64,000 bases of DNA from Methanotrichaceae archaeon (GTDB taxonomy: Archaea; Halobacteriota; Methanosarcinia; Methanotrichales; Methanotrichaceae), in NCBI GenBank assembly GCA_963803145.1, contig CAWDLW010000030.1:55581-119580 (forward strand). The letters are read 5' to 3'. Below, piece by piece: positions 1-10,876 of this stretch. Both the position numbers and the translations under genes were made by a program. A model generated the notes under the pieces. That model was not told the origin of the DNA. It worked only from the letters and a program-made list of their open reading frames with translations, and made no database searches. Numbering within the stretch: the first letter of the stretch is position 1; the number at the start of each line of letters is the position of its first letter.

Positions 1-209
1 CTCTGAACGAGATGCTGGATGATGATAAGAGAAAGCATGTGTATTTATTCAATTTGAAATGAATCCATATACTCGCCTAAGTGCATTTTGAATCATGAAG
101 GGTTTATCGTCTCAGCAACAGTTCCAATCATCAAAACGGTTATCAGATAGAAGCGGCGATATCCTCGCAGAATAGAATATCAGATAAAAATATATTAGGA
201 TGGCTATCT

Positions 210-2012
210 GTGAGAGAATATCTCCTGGGAAACACGGCTATTGCAAAGGGCATTCTCGAGGCGGGAGCAGGGCTTGTGGCCGGCTACCCTGGAACCCCCT
301 CCTCAGAGATCATTGAGAGCATTGTCGGACTCAAGGGCAATCTGCCGATGCATGTGGAATGGTCTGTGAATGAGAAGGTCGCCCTTGAGGTGGCAATTGG
401 AGCCTCATGGAGCGGCACAAGGTCTGTGGCAACTATGAAGCATGTAGGCCTGAATGTAGCAGCAGATCCCTTCATGACATTGGCATACCTCGGCGTCGGG
501 GCCGGGTTAGTTATAGTATCTGCAGATGATCCGTATTGCCACTCATCCCAGAATGAGCAGGACTCAAGGCGATACGCGAGCTTCGCATCCATACCGTGCC
601 TCGATCCGAGCGATCCTCAGGAGGCAAAGGATATGACGGTCTTCGGTTTTGATCTATCGGAGAGGTTCAATGTCCCAGTGATGCTCCGGCCAACGACGCG
701 CGTCTCTCATGCTAGGGCTGATGTTGAGATCGCTGAGCGTAAAGTTGAGCGTAATCAACCTGGCAGCAACGCACATTTTATCAAGGACCCATCACGGCGT
801 GTTGCACTGCCGGTCCACGCCAGACCTCTTCATACTGAGCTACTAACGAAACAGCCGGAGATTGAGAAGGCCCTTCATGATGCGCCCTGGAATAGGCTTG
901 CCTTAAAGGGTGATCATGGAATCATCGCCTCAGGCATAGCCGCGCTATATGCTGAGGAGGCGATACAAGACCTTGATCTGGACATGTCATTCCTGAAGAT
1001 CGGAACGTTCCCTGTGCCATCTGCTATGATTGAAAAGCTGCTGAAGAATGTCAGCAAGGTCATGGTGGTCGAGGAGCTTGAGCCTGTTTTGGAAGAGCAG
1101 GTGGAAAGGATCGCGAGGAAAGTCAATCCCAATGTTGAGATTTTGGGGAAGGATGGCCATATTCCGAGAGTTGGCGAACTTGATTTACTACCTGTCAGAA
1201 ATGCCATAGCAAGGATGGAAGGTAAGGCTCCACGGCCGGACGTGAGGATTGATGCAGTGAAGATAATTCCACCGAGGCCGCCTGCGCTGTGTCCCGGATG
1301 CAGCCATCGAGCGACCTACTACGCAATGCGCAAGGCATTCGGCAAGAATGCGATTTATCCCAGCGACATCGGCTGCTATACAATGGCTGTCAACATGGGA
1401 ACTGTGGATACCTGCCTCTGTATGGGAGCAAGCATTACTTTGGCAAGCGGCATAAGGTTCGGAGGCGTTACAAATGATATCTGCTGTAGCATTGGAGACT
1501 CTACATTCTTGCATGGAGGGCTTACCGGCCTGCTGAATGCCGCATACAATAATGCAAAAATAACCGTAACTGTTCTGGACAACTCAACCACAGCCATGAC
1601 AGGCCATCAGCCTCATCCGGGCACAGGAGTTACGGCTGAAGGAGTGCGAACAAACCAGGTATCGATTGAGGCGGTAGCAAAGGCTCTGGGAGCCGGCCTC
1701 GTGGAGGTTATCGATCCATACGATACAGGAAAAGCAATAGAAGCATTCCGCAGGGCGAAGGAGTATCCAGGGCTCTCAGTCGTTGTTGCAAGGCAGGCAT
1801 GCGTTATAAATGCACGAAGATCCGGGGCCAAACGAAAAGTTTTCGCTGTGGGCCAGGACTGCGCGGGCTGCAAAATCTGCGTCGAATTCGGCTGTCCGGC
1901 TATAGAGTTCGATGCTGAGTTGGAGAAGGCAACGATTACATCCCCATGCACGGGCTGTGGCGTCTGCGCACAGATATGCCCGAGCTCCGCCATAGAGGAG
2001 GTGTTGGGATGA
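210..2012 (+). CDS. iorA: Indolepyruvate:ferredoxin oxidoreductase subunit alpha
   Basis: GYPGTPSSE, NEKVALE, SSQNEQDSR, CPGCSHR, DIGCY, GDSTF..LDNSTTAMTG (TPP) motifs; C-terminal 2x[4Fe-4S]. Confidence 0.95.
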   Translation: MREYLLGNTAIAKGILEAGAGLVAGYPGTPSSEIIESIVGLKGNLPMHVEWSVNEKVALEVAIGASWSGTRSVATMKHVGLNVAADPFMTLAYLGVGAGLVIVSADDPYCHSSQNEQDSRRYASFASIPCLDPSDPQEAKDMTVFGFDLSERFNVPVMLRPTTRVSHARADVEIAERKVERNQPGSNAHFIKDPSRRVALPVHARPLHTELLTKQPEIEKALHDAPWNRLALKGDHGIIASGIAALYAEEAIQDLDLDMSFLKIGTFPVPSAMIEKLLKNVSKVMVVEELEPVLEEQVERIARKVNPNVEILGKDGHIPRVGELDLLPVRNAIARMEGKAPRPDVRIDAVKIIPPRPPALCPGCSHRATYYAMRKAFGKNAIYPSDIGCYTMAVNMGTVDTCLCMGASITLASGIRFGGVTNDICCSIGDSTFLHGGLTGLLNAAYNNAKITVTVLDNSTTAMTGHQPHPGTGVTAEGVRTNQVSIEAVAKALGAGLVEVIDPYDTGKAIEAFRRAKEYPGLSVVVARQACVINARRSGAKRKVFAVGQDCAGCKICVEFGCPAIEFDAELEKATITSPCTGCGVCAQICPSSAIEEVLG

Positions 2013-2596
2013 GAACATCAGAATGCGACATAGTGATAGTAGGTGTGGGAGGCCAGGGAGTCATACTTATCTCAGATGTCCTAGGGCGGGCAGCGGTCAT
2101 TGCCGGCAAGGCAGTTCGCGGAGCAGAGACTCACGGCATGGCGCAGCGTGGAGGCAGCGTCATAAATCACACACGTATAGGCTGCAAATTCAGCCCAATG
2201 ATCTCCTCAGGAAGTGCTGATGTACTCCTCGCGCTCGAACCTGCAGAGGCACTGCGTTTCGCTCATTACCTCTCCCCCGACGGCATCGCACTTGTGAACA
2301 CTAGGCCAGTGCTGCCAATAACTGTAACCACGGGCAAGGCAAGCTACCCGCCAGTGGATGAGATCCTGAAGCAGCTTCATGGCATCTGCAAAGAGATGAA
2401 GTCAATGGATGCGACATCTCTTGCGGCGACTGCAGGAACGCCGCAGGCGATGAATGTCGTCATGCTGGGCGCTCTCTCGAAGTACATCCCTCTGGCAGAA
2501 GAGCTGCTTATTGATGCGCTTTGCGATGTAGTGCCAGCAAAGTATCTGGATATCAATAAACATGCCTTCAGGCTTGGAAAAGCTGAAGTAGAATAG
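2009..2596 (+). CDS. iorB: Indolepyruvate:ferredoxin oxidoreductase subunit beta
   Basis: GVGGQG and ETHGMAQRGGSV motifs; ATGA overlap with the iorA stop puts the start at 2009. Confidence 0.93.
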   Translation: MRTSECDIVIVGVGGQGVILISDVLGRAAVIAGKAVRGAETHGMAQRGGSVINHTRIGCKFSPMISSGSADVLLALEPAEALRFAHYLSPDGIALVNTRPVLPITVTTGKASYPPVDEILKQLHGICKEMKSMDATSLAATAGTPQAMNVVMLGALSKYIPLAEELLIDALCDVVPAKYLDINKHAFRLGKAEVE

Positions 2597-2614
2597 GCAT
2601 CTACTAGTAAAATC

Positions 2615-3289
2615 ATGGAAGAAGAAAAGAAGTTGGAAGAGCAGAAGGAAGAAGATAAGGAAGCAGAAGGGGAGAAGCCTGTAGTAACACGGTCGATGAT
2701 GGAAGAGGCATCGTGCGCCACATGCGGAGCTGAAGAGGAAACGGCGATGCCTGCAAACCTGCCAGATCCCAACTGGCCTACTGAAAAGCTTGTAGAGGCC
2801 CTAAAGGATAAGCATATGCTCGTTCGGTCGAATGCTGTCATGCTTCTATCGAAGAGGCCGCTTCAGGAGTCAACCGAGCCATTGGTAGAGGCTCTAAAGG
2901 ACAAGGATTATCTTGTCAAGAGCAACGCGATGATTGCACTATCATCCTTCGGCCGCCAGATTTTCGATAGAATGCTTGCAGCCTTGAGCGATCCAGATCC
3001 CGACGTGCGCGCTGGTGCCGCGTGGATTTTAGGAGAGCTAAAGGATCAGAGAGCGATAGATGCCCTACAGAAAGTTGCAAATGATGATTATCCGCTTGCA
3101 CGGATACAGGCAAAGGCATCGCTGATGTCTATGGGGGTAATAAAGCCCAAGAAGGTCGAGAAGAAGGCTGAACCCGCCGAGAAGCCTGAAGAGACAAACG
3201 AGATGCCTGAAACGACAAGTGAGAAGGCTGAAGGAACAAGCGAGAAGGTTGAAGAAACAGGCGAGAAAGCTGAAGAGAAAAAAGATTGA
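2615..3289 (+). CDS. HEAT (PBS-lyase-like) repeat protein with E/K-rich termini
   Basis: Repeated LVEALKDKxxxVRxxA / DPDPDVRAGAAWILG units. Confidence 0.85.
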   Translation: MEEEKKLEEQKEEDKEAEGEKPVVTRSMMEEASCATCGAEEETAMPANLPDPNWPTEKLVEALKDKHMLVRSNAVMLLSKRPLQESTEPLVEALKDKDYLVKSNAMIALSSFGRQIFDRMLAALSDPDPDVRAGAAWILGELKDQRAIDALQKVANDDYPLARIQAKASLMSMGVIKPKKVEKKAEPAEKPEETNEMPETTSEKAEGTSEKVEETGEKAEEKKD

Positions 3290-3583
3290 GCAAGCGTCCC
3301 CTTCTGAGCTCAAGTTCCAGAAGGGATTCTTTGTTTTAAATTCGCTATTTTAATAGTACGTATGATTATCGGTAGGCACTTATTATTATCAACACTAGGA
3401 TCTATGATCTTTTGAACATTTGGTTTATCCATAAATACTGTATCATGATTCCATCGAATATCAATTGAGATCAGAAGTTATCTGTATCGCATTACTAGGA
3501 ATCTGCAGTAAAATAAGCTCTGATCTCGGTATACCTAATAAAATATATCAATATAAAGATACACTAAAGTATTACGGAGTATA

Positions 3584-3808
3584 ATGGCAGGAAGCGTATA
3601 CAGTATAATAGAGCTTGTTGGATCATCCCAGAATAGCTGGGAGGAGGCTGCTCAAAATGCAGTTGCTGCAGCCTCGAAGAAGCTTATGAACATCAGGATT
3701 GCCAGGGTAGCAGAGCTTGATGCAAAGCTGGAGGACGGAAGGATTGTGGAGTATAGGGCAAAAATTAGATTTTCATTCAAGGTTGAAATTGAGCCCGAAA
3801 CGCTTTGA
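3584..3808 (+). CDS. Dodecin (flavin-binding) family protein
   Basis: SVYSIIELVGSS..SWEEAA..AV and YRAKIRFSFK; 74 aa. Confidence 0.9.
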   Translation: MAGSVYSIIELVGSSQNSWEEAAQNAVAAASKKLMNIRIARVAELDAKLEDGRIVEYRAKIRFSFKVEIEPETL

Positions 3809-3906
3809 TGATAATTTGCTTTTAGCCATATTGCAATTTGTTCGCTGAGATAACCTTCTTCACCGCGCATAAAATCCAAAAATTTCGATCCGGATTTTGG
3901 AAACGG

Positions 3907-4025
3907 CTGCTGTGTCGCATAATTCAGGAATCACGATGGCAATAGGTATCGATTTCACTCATTTTACCTACAACGCTACTATGCTCCGTTGCTTATCGAT
4001 TTCGGTGAGTTATGCAACACAGCAG
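3907..4025. mobile_element. MITE-like element (119 bp)
   Basis: Imperfect terminal inverted repeats CTGCTGTGTYGCATAAYTCA at 3907 and ending at 4025; no ORF; no clear TSD. Confidence 0.6.
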
Positions 4026-4063
4026 AAAAAGAAGGATTTGCCAAAATCTCCCTCAAGCCCACC

Positions 4064-4807
4064 TCATTGATTATCAGTGTCTTGATACATGCCGTTAGAT
4101 TCCTGCATATTGGGTACATATTCTCCCCTGGACGCTGCTAGAATATTATCAAGCTCATAGAAATCATCTGATTCTGCTTGGGAGATATCCTGAAGAGTCA
4201 GCTCTTTATTCGTCTGAGCTGCCTTATTATTGGAATCAAGTATAAGCGCCTTATTAAAACAATTCAGGGCTTCCTGATATTTTTTCTGATCTCTAAGAAC
4301 AACTCCCTTGTCATTCCAGCCCTTTGGATCCAGTGGATTTATCGTTATAGCCCTATCGAAGCTTGCAAGAGCTTCATCCGACATGCCTAAATTGGATAGA
4401 GTCATGCCTTTGATTATCAATGCGCCGTAATTATTAGGGTTGAGCTCTAGAGATTTATCGAGACATGTAAGGCCTTCGTTGTATTCTCCTAGATTTACAG
4501 AAAGCGCGGTGCCTTTATAGTACCAGGCATTAGCATTAGATGAATTTAGCGAAATGGCCTTATCAAAGCTAGTAAGGGCATCGCTGTATTTGCCGAGGTT
4601 TGCGAGTGCTACCCCTTTGCTGACCAATATAGTGGAATTGTTTTGGTCCAGATCTAAGGCTCTATCGTAAGCGGAAACGGCCGTATCGTAGCTGCCACTG
4701 AGGGAGAGCTGATCGCCCCTGGCAGCCCAATCGTTTGCAGTGACTTCTCCCATAGCAGGCAACATGCATATCGCAATAAACACCAGGATAGTAATAGCGA
4801 TCTTCAT
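4064..4807 (-). CDS. Secreted tetratricopeptide-repeat protein
   Basis: Signal peptide MKIAITILVFIAICMLPAMG; about 5 TPR units (AWYYKG..L..A..LNP). Confidence 0.85.
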   Translation of the reverse strand: MKIAITILVFIAICMLPAMGEVTANDWAARGDQLSLSGSYDTAVSAYDRALDLDQNNSTILVSKGVALANLGKYSDALTSFDKAISLNSSNANAWYYKGTALSVNLGEYNEGLTCLDKSLELNPNNYGALIIKGMTLSNLGMSDEALASFDRAITINPLDPKGWNDKGVVLRDQKKYQEALNCFNKALILDSNNKAAQTNKELTLQDISQAESDDFYELDNILAASRGEYVPNMQESNGMYQDTDNQ

Positions 4808-5081
4808 AGAAGCCCTTATTATTCTAAAAGGTAATATATCTCTATCCCTTCGCTTTAAAATATAATTGTGTCCATTATTTCCATAGCATCTTTGTGAGTT
4901 CGGCTAATGAATGATGTCATACTAAACCGCAAAGACATAAAGACGCAAAAAAAGGATCTGCGCTGATGTTCTGAGAGAGCCTCAGCTAAAGAAGTAATGT
5001 TAGCAGCTTCTGGTCTATTGTAGTACCGTCGAAATATCTTCCCATCAATCAAGAAGCCATAAGCTGGCTATGATATCAGTC

Positions 5082-5246
5082 TTAAAGCCAGCGCCGATGG
5101 CGTCCCAGTATGATCGCTATTATGGCCAGAACAATGAAGAGGATAACCAGCCATATGGCGGGTATTCCTAAGATACTCACTCCTAATATCCCCAATATAA
5201 GGGCGATTATTAAGAAAATTATAGCCCAGTTAAGGAACTTTGCCAT
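5082..5246 (-). CDS. Small membrane protein, DUF1328/UPF0391-like (54 aa, not in ORF track)
   Basis: Translated by hand: MAKFLNWAIIFLIIALILGILGVSILGIPAIWLVILFIVLAIIAIILGRHRRWL; GGAG upstream. Confidence 0.8.
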   Translation of the reverse strand: MAKFLNWAIIFLIIALILGILGVSILGIPAIWLVILFIVLAIIAIILGRHRRWL

Positions 5247-5525
5247 TTATGGATACTCCTAAATATTCAGTCCAATTCTATATCGTACTCTAAACTATTT
5301 ATAAATTTTCTGTAAGATATATGATATGTATCACTAAATACCTAAACGATTTGGACTTATGCAGTAAGGCTGGCTCCTTTGTTCGATCGCTATCCTCACA
5401 TAAAACAGAGAACGCTGCTAATAAATGAATAGCATGATTTTATTTCACCGCAGTCCAGCAAGATCACGCCCAGCGCTCCAAGCGCTCTCACTAAGAAACC
5501 TTTATAAACCATGGGTTGATGTTTA

Positions 5526-6371
5526 ATGATTAACAGCGATAATATTCGCATAGGAGGGAGGCCTATTAGAAGAATTACCGCATTAGGTTATAGTCTGGCA
5601 CTAATTTTTGTAATTGTATCGACGGCTACTATTTCATGCTTTGCCGCAGATCAGACAGTTTCACCGAGAGATATGACCTACATTACAGAGCAGTTTCCAC
5701 CATACAACTTCGAGAAGGATGGGAAGCTGCAAGGAATCTCTGTAGATCTACTAGAGACGGTCTGGCAGAAGATGAACGCAAGCCTTAATGAAAGCGCCAT
5801 TGAGCTTCTGCCCTGGACTGAGGGTTACCAAAGGACGCTGGATGAAAAGAATACTGTACTATTCTCAACTGCTCGTCTGCCGCAAAGGGAGCTGCTCTTT
5901 AAATGGGCTGGGCCGATCGGGCCAATCAGAAATGTGCTTCTAGTAAAGAAGGATAAGAATATCAGCGTTACATCGGCAGAGGAGCTGAAAAAATACAAGA
6001 TAGGAGCCCTCAAGGATGACAGCGCCGTGCAGATGCTCCTGGATAAAGGCGTGAAGAAGGAAGACCTTAGGCTCGAGCCTACATCGACGCAAGCTATAGA
6101 GATGCTGCAGAACGGGAGCATTGATGCCTGGGCTTACGGCGATACTGCTGGCATGTGGCTGATCCAGGAGTCGGGCGCAAATACAAGCGATTTCAGGGTG
6201 GCCTATGTGCTGGGGCAGATAGATTACTACTATGCATTCAACAATGAAACTCCTGATTATATAGTGCAGTCGTTCCAGCAGGCAATAGATAATGTCAAGA
6301 ATAGCAAAGATAAGGATGGAGTGAGCGAGTACCAAAAGGTTCTATCTAAGTATGTTCCTACAATGCTGTAG
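5526..6371 (+). CDS. Amino-acid-type ABC substrate-binding protein (SBP family 3), orphan
   Basis: TEQFPPYNF..GISVDL, LPW, R..LFKWAGPI, YYAFN motifs; N-terminal hydrophobic segment. Confidence 0.85.
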   Translation: MINSDNIRIGGRPIRRITALGYSLALIFVIVSTATISCFAADQTVSPRDMTYITEQFPPYNFEKDGKLQGISVDLLETVWQKMNASLNESAIELLPWTEGYQRTLDEKNTVLFSTARLPQRELLFKWAGPIGPIRNVLLVKKDKNISVTSAEELKKYKIGALKDDSAVQMLLDKGVKKEDLRLEPTSTQAIEMLQNGSIDAWAYGDTAGMWLIQESGANTSDFRVAYVLGQIDYYYAFNNETPDYIVQSFQQAIDNVKNSKDKDGVSEYQKVLSKYVPTML

Positions 6372-6632
6372 GGTAGAGGTTCGCTGAAAAGGCGAAATAC
6401 TTTTTTGGCAGGAATTAGAGAGGTAAGCCCTTCAAACATGAAGATTATACTATTTCGATTATAAAAAACGTATTAAAAGATACGGTACATGAAGATAGGC
6501 TGGTGGATGCCGTCCACAATGCCAAGAAAAAGTACAGTCCGATATACATCGAAGGCGTATTAAAGGCAAGTGGTATCCTGCAATAGACATGTTAAGGTCA
6601 GTGTGAAAACAGATAGCAGTAAAAGCGTTAGG

Positions 6633-6653
6633 TGCGGGGGATGGGACCCCCGC
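6633..6653 (-). repeat. tRNA-Leu 3'-end duplication / acceptor-stem-like hairpin (possible att remnant or terminator)
   Basis: TGCGGGGGATGGGA at 6633-6646 is identical to 11313-11326; forms a GCGGGGG/CCCCCGC stem. Confidence 0.55.
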
Positions 6654-6693
6654 TTTTAACATATTACCTCACACTTTGCAGTTAGTTTTCAGG

Positions 6694-7347
6694 TCACTCC
6701 AGTAGCGTCACCGCTCCGCTACCAAGGCTGTAGCGGGCACCGAGAATCTTAAGCTTGCCCTGTTTGTAAGCCGATGAGAGAATCGGTTCAGAAGATTTTA
6801 GCTTGGCTACGACGTTCTGCGTATTAACATCGATAGAGTTGTTCAGAAGGTCACCCTTCATCCCCTTTGCCACATCTACTGCGGGCTTGATTGCCTCCAC
6901 AAGGCTTCCGATGTGGCCAGGATTTTCACCACCTGCAATTGCCGCTTCCACCGCTCCACAGCCGTCGTGACCCAGGACCAAGACTAATTGAACGTTCAGG
7001 TGATCCACTGCGTATTCTATGGTTCCTAGGGTGGCGTTATCCATTACTTCTCCTGCGGTCCTTACCACAAAGATATCTCCGAGCCCCTGATCGAATACGA
7101 TCTCTGGAGGAACCCTGGAATCGGAGCAGGTCACTATTACTGCGAATGGTTGCTGAGAGGTTACCAACTCAACTCGCCGATCTGCTATGGACTGGTCCGG
7201 ATGGGTTGCATTTCCAGAGGCGAACCTGGCGTTACCTTCCATCAGATTCTTCATAGCCTGATCAGCTGTTATTCCAGAATTCTCTTCAGAGGCCAACCCT
7301 CCAAATGTACATGTCAGAATTAATAGGCCGATTATCAAACAAGTCAA
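6694..7347 (-). CDS. Beta-class carbonic anhydrase with N-terminal signal peptide
   Basis: LMEGNARF, CSDSRV, GDIFVVRTAG, HDGCGAV zinc ligands; hydrophobic N-terminus. Confidence 0.92.
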   Translation of the reverse strand: MTCLIIGLLILTCTFGGLASEENSGITADQAMKNLMEGNARFASGNATHPDQSIADRRVELVTSQQPFAVIVTCSDSRVPPEIVFDQGLGDIFVVRTAGEVMDNATLGTIEYAVDHLNVQLVLVLGHDGCGAVEAAIAGGENPGHIGSLVEAIKPAVDVAKGMKGDLLNNSIDVNTQNVVAKLKSSEPILSSAYKQGKLKILGARYSLGSGAVTLLE

Positions 7348-7693
7348 AATTTTTACGTTGATTCCTCCTTTATTTCCTCTAATTGTGGATAATAAAACTT
7401 ATAAAACTTTTTGTCGTGAAAATAATTATGAGCGTCAGGACAGAGCTGTCATTGTTATTCCTCACGGCTCTTGGATGACAGGTACATATAACGCGTAACT
7501 TTTTCTTTTCTTTTTCGTTACTATACCTTTAGGGAGGACTTTATAAATATCTTCTCGACCCACTACCCCGAATGTCTTCACGCTCCAGATTCTATGTTTT
7601 CAAGCAGAGATACCATTCGACAACGTCTGCACTATTGGCAGATAAAAAAAGTGGTTATCATTACACAAGTTAAATATATGTCCATAGATGGAC

Positions 7694-7966
7694 CTATACA
7701 GACTTTATCCGCTCAGTCTTCCAATATGCATTGTGCCAAGCTTTATGCCCATTCTCGCCCTGCCTCCGATCGCAATCTACCCAGCCCCATTTTATTAATG
7801 ACCTGAGGGCTCTGGAAAGCTGGCGTTTTGTCCTGGCCATGGCAGTGTATGAAGAGATATCCAGGCCCAATGCGAGGGCAATCTCCTTCATGGATATGGC
7901 TTCGTCTTTGTTATCAGGAAGAACTGCCAAGACGGCCTCTGGATTCATGCTAACCCCCTGAAGCAT
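7694..7966 (-). CDS. Small winged-helix DNA-binding protein
   Basis: SMKEIALALGL..LSRALRSLIKWGWV wHTH-like pattern. Confidence 0.6.
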   Translation of the reverse strand: MLQGVSMNPEAVLAVLPDNKDEAISMKEIALALGLDISSYTAMARTKRQLSRALRSLIKWGWVDCDRRQGENGHKAWHNAYWKTERIKSV

Positions 7967-7981
7967 TATTGCTGATAACTT

Positions 7982-9129
7982 GAGGATTCCTATTTACTTG
8001 TATCCTAAGGGCGGTTTTTTTAAATCGACTCTAGATTTGCCTTACGATGTTCGCTATTCTTGGTCTAACCTGTTTTTTTTCAGTTAATTCTCGATAGCAT
8101 CCGCTATCCCTAAATGACATTTGCCTTTTTAAGAGTACAAAGCTGATACAAGTTAAAAGCGAAAGCGGTAACTATCATTTTCACATGCACTCTTCTGACT
8201 GATGTAACAAGCACTCTTCCAGCCTCGAAAACCCTCTTGATTACAGCATGGGGCCTTTCGCCAGGCGATCTGAGGATACTGATCAACTGATTGCGTTCTT
8301 TATCAAGATCAGAAAGAGGTTTATCAGTAGTCCTGCGCTTCATTGTAAAATCAATACCTTTGGCCTTCACACCGAAATATCCTCTATCTCTGAAAACTGG
8401 CACGCCAGGGATAGAGAGATCAACCTGACTGTCATGCAGTGATGCAGTCGAGGTCTCTATATCACGTATTAGGCTGTAATCGATATCAGTTATTTGATGT
8501 AACTTATATCCGAAGTGAGTTTCATTGCCTTTCTTAGCCCATGTGCCATCCTTGCTGCGACGTGTCTTAGCCTCATCGCCACGTGGTTTCTTTGACTCCG
8601 ATGATCCTGGATCTGCTTCTATAAAGGTAGCATCCTGAACAATTCCGCGTCTGATCTTCAATCCTTTTGCATCCAACTGTCTTTGAAGTTCAGCCCAAAC
8701 AAGCGCATATCTGTTCCTGTCTCCGCCATTCGTTCTTTGAATGACCATATAGTTCTGGAATCAGGGAACTGAGCAGGAAAACCAAGAAATGCCATAAATG
8801 ATATGCGATCAGCCATTTGCCGTTCAACAGCCAGATCGCTCAGGCCATACCACTGCTGGAGAATCAGGATCCTGAACATTAGAATAACATCACATTTGGG
8901 CCTTCCGCCCTTCTGGTCTTATTAGTATACATCCCTTCCAGAAGAGGACGAAAGGGAACCCAATTGATCGATCCAGATACTTGAGCTAAATTTAGAATCC
9001 AGTCGAGCATTGCTTGGCATATTAGACCTTTCAATACCCAAGTAGTAAAAGAATCCATAACAATAAATACTATTTGCTGTATTTAACACTTTCGATGCTA
9101 AAGCAGGGGGTAGGTTTATAGGAATCCTC
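7982..9129 (-). mobile_element. IS5-family insertion sequence (full length, decayed)
   Basis: 16-bp TIRs GAGGATTCCTAT(TT/AA)AC; 5-bp TSD AACTT at 7977-7981 and 9130-9134. Confidence 0.9.
8110..9058 (-). pseudogene. IS5-family transposase, at least two frameshifts
   Basis: Fragments INWVPFRP / GGRP..LQQWYGLSD..DRISF..FLG / QDATFI..FGYKLH..DRGY..R..GER in different frames. Confidence 0.9.
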
Positions 9130-9347
9130 AACTTCAATTTGAATATGACGCCAAAAAAGATTTGATGCTGGGGATGAGATCACGGCATGTACTTCAGAAC
9201 ACACCCCAATGCTAAGGATCTTGAGCATGAGGGCTGATTCAGGCGGATTTATTTCAAATTTTGGCACAATACCGAAAGAATTAATTACACAAGCCTTTAT
9301 CCTGTAACTTTTAAAGATAAAAATGGTAATTCGTGCTGGTGGTGGTT

Positions 9348-10412
9348 GTGAAACTGAATAAGCTAAACTATAGCAAGGTAATCCTATTGGTATTGATCCT
9401 GCAATTTATCGCGATGGCAGTCCACGCTGGGGGTTCATGCAGTTATACTCTCACGAATGTAGATCCGAGCATAATCAATAGTAAGAAATCCGATGTAGAG
9501 ATTAATTTAGGGAGCAATGCAGTTGATTTTCTAATTCCCAGCGGGCAGTTTGCTGGATATGATCTCCACTTTACGTGGGAGAACCCTCCTAGGGTCGTTC
9601 AATGTGGTCAAGAATTCTCTTTTAAAACAGAGGCAAATTTGATTAACTCTGGATCAGGTTATAGACGTGCTTGGGTGAATACGGATGCTAGCGATGATAA
9701 GTATGTAGTTCATAATGCAAATGCAAGGGCAGGAATAGGTGACTCTGGACCATATGAGCATAATGACATCGCTAAGTACCAAGTACCAGAAGATGATGCT
9801 GATCCTCAGTTCATTATCAATGTCACTTTAGGAGATGGAGCTGGCACAGACGTTCTCCTAGCGAGGTATGTCTATACTAAGGAAAACGCAACAATCGGAA
9901 CTTTAAGGCTCCCAAATCCATTAGTTATCAATGGCGGTTTTGAGAGGGCTGCTGCTGCGCCTGGATCATCGGGCGTATCATCCCTGCAAGCCGGTGATAC
10001 TAGCATAAATGGATGGGCTGTTGGTGGGAATGGTTTAGATTACATAGGTAAATTCTGGCAATCATCTGAAGGAGGTGCATCTATTGATCTAAACTACTTG
10101 AATAGTGGTTCGATCAGCACGACTTTAGATACAGCTCCAGAGACGACATATCAGCTTCTCTTTGATATGGCAGGCAACCCCGATGGCAAACCAACTGAAA
10201 AAACGCTGCGTGTATGGATTGGCGATACATATCAGGATTTTACATTCAACACCGCAGGCAAGACGAGAGAGAATATGGGATGGGAGACAAAGTCATTAGA
10301 GTTCACTGCAACTGCTAGCGCCACGCCACTGAAATTTGAGAGCTTGACGCCTGGGCCTTATGGACCAGCGCTCGATAATGTCAGAGTGACTCCAGAAACA
10401 ACTACTTCATAG
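9348..10412 (+). CDS. Secreted protein with C-terminal DUF642/choice-of-anchor-C-like carbohydrate-binding domain (start uncertain, 9333 or 9348)
   Basis: Signal peptide; LVINGGFE..GW..SIDL..FDMAGNP..GPALDNV. Confidence 0.75.
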   Translation: MKLNKLNYSKVILLVLILQFIAMAVHAGGSCSYTLTNVDPSIINSKKSDVEINLGSNAVDFLIPSGQFAGYDLHFTWENPPRVVQCGQEFSFKTEANLINSGSGYRRAWVNTDASDDKYVVHNANARAGIGDSGPYEHNDIAKYQVPEDDADPQFIINVTLGDGAGTDVLLARYVYTKENATIGTLRLPNPLVINGGFERAAAAPGSSGVSSLQAGDTSINGWAVGGNGLDYIGKFWQSSEGGASIDLNYLNSGSISTTLDTAPETTYQLLFDMAGNPDGKPTEKTLRVWIGDTYQDFTFNTAGKTRENMGWETKSLEFTATASATPLKFESLTPGPYGPALDNVRVTPETTTS

Positions 10413-10876
10413 GCTCGACTGAGGCTTGGCAAAGCTGCATACAAGAACGCCATTTGGGGGCTGGTTTATAGCAGGCATAATCGAACTGCTATCACCGCCC
10501 TCGAGCCTATGCCACAAGAATTTGAAAAACTCCGCTGGTCTAGCGTAGCATGGGCTCATATGAGTCCTGAATTGCCATCACAACTATCCTAGCCTCAGCC
10601 CTCTGCCTTTCATTGAAATAAAACACTCTATCGGCATTATTTACAAGGACCTCAAGATAGGGATCTGTGCCAGAGGCATAGAGCAGCACAGCGGCCTCCT
10701 TCGGATATTATCTCATGGCATATGATACGTAACAAGATAACTTTTGAGTATACTTATGCTAATCACAATTATGATGATCTATCGAAGGATCATGATCTGC
10801 CAAAGCCTTGTAAAGCCTGGGACTTACAATACCAAATCTTTCAGCCTTTCTCTTCCTCGCCAAGGCATTACATCCT

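Noticed and set aside
1-62. Possible 3' end of an upstream gene (..LNEMLDDDKRKHVYLFNLK-stop)
   Set aside because: Too short to assign
8922-9267. ORFs 8922-9137 and 9070-9267
   Set aside because: They overlap the IS5 end and off-frame transposase sequence; not independent genes
10430-10870. Possible integrase remnant beside tRNA-Leu
   Set aside because: No tyrosine-recombinase R..HxxR..Y motifs in the frames read
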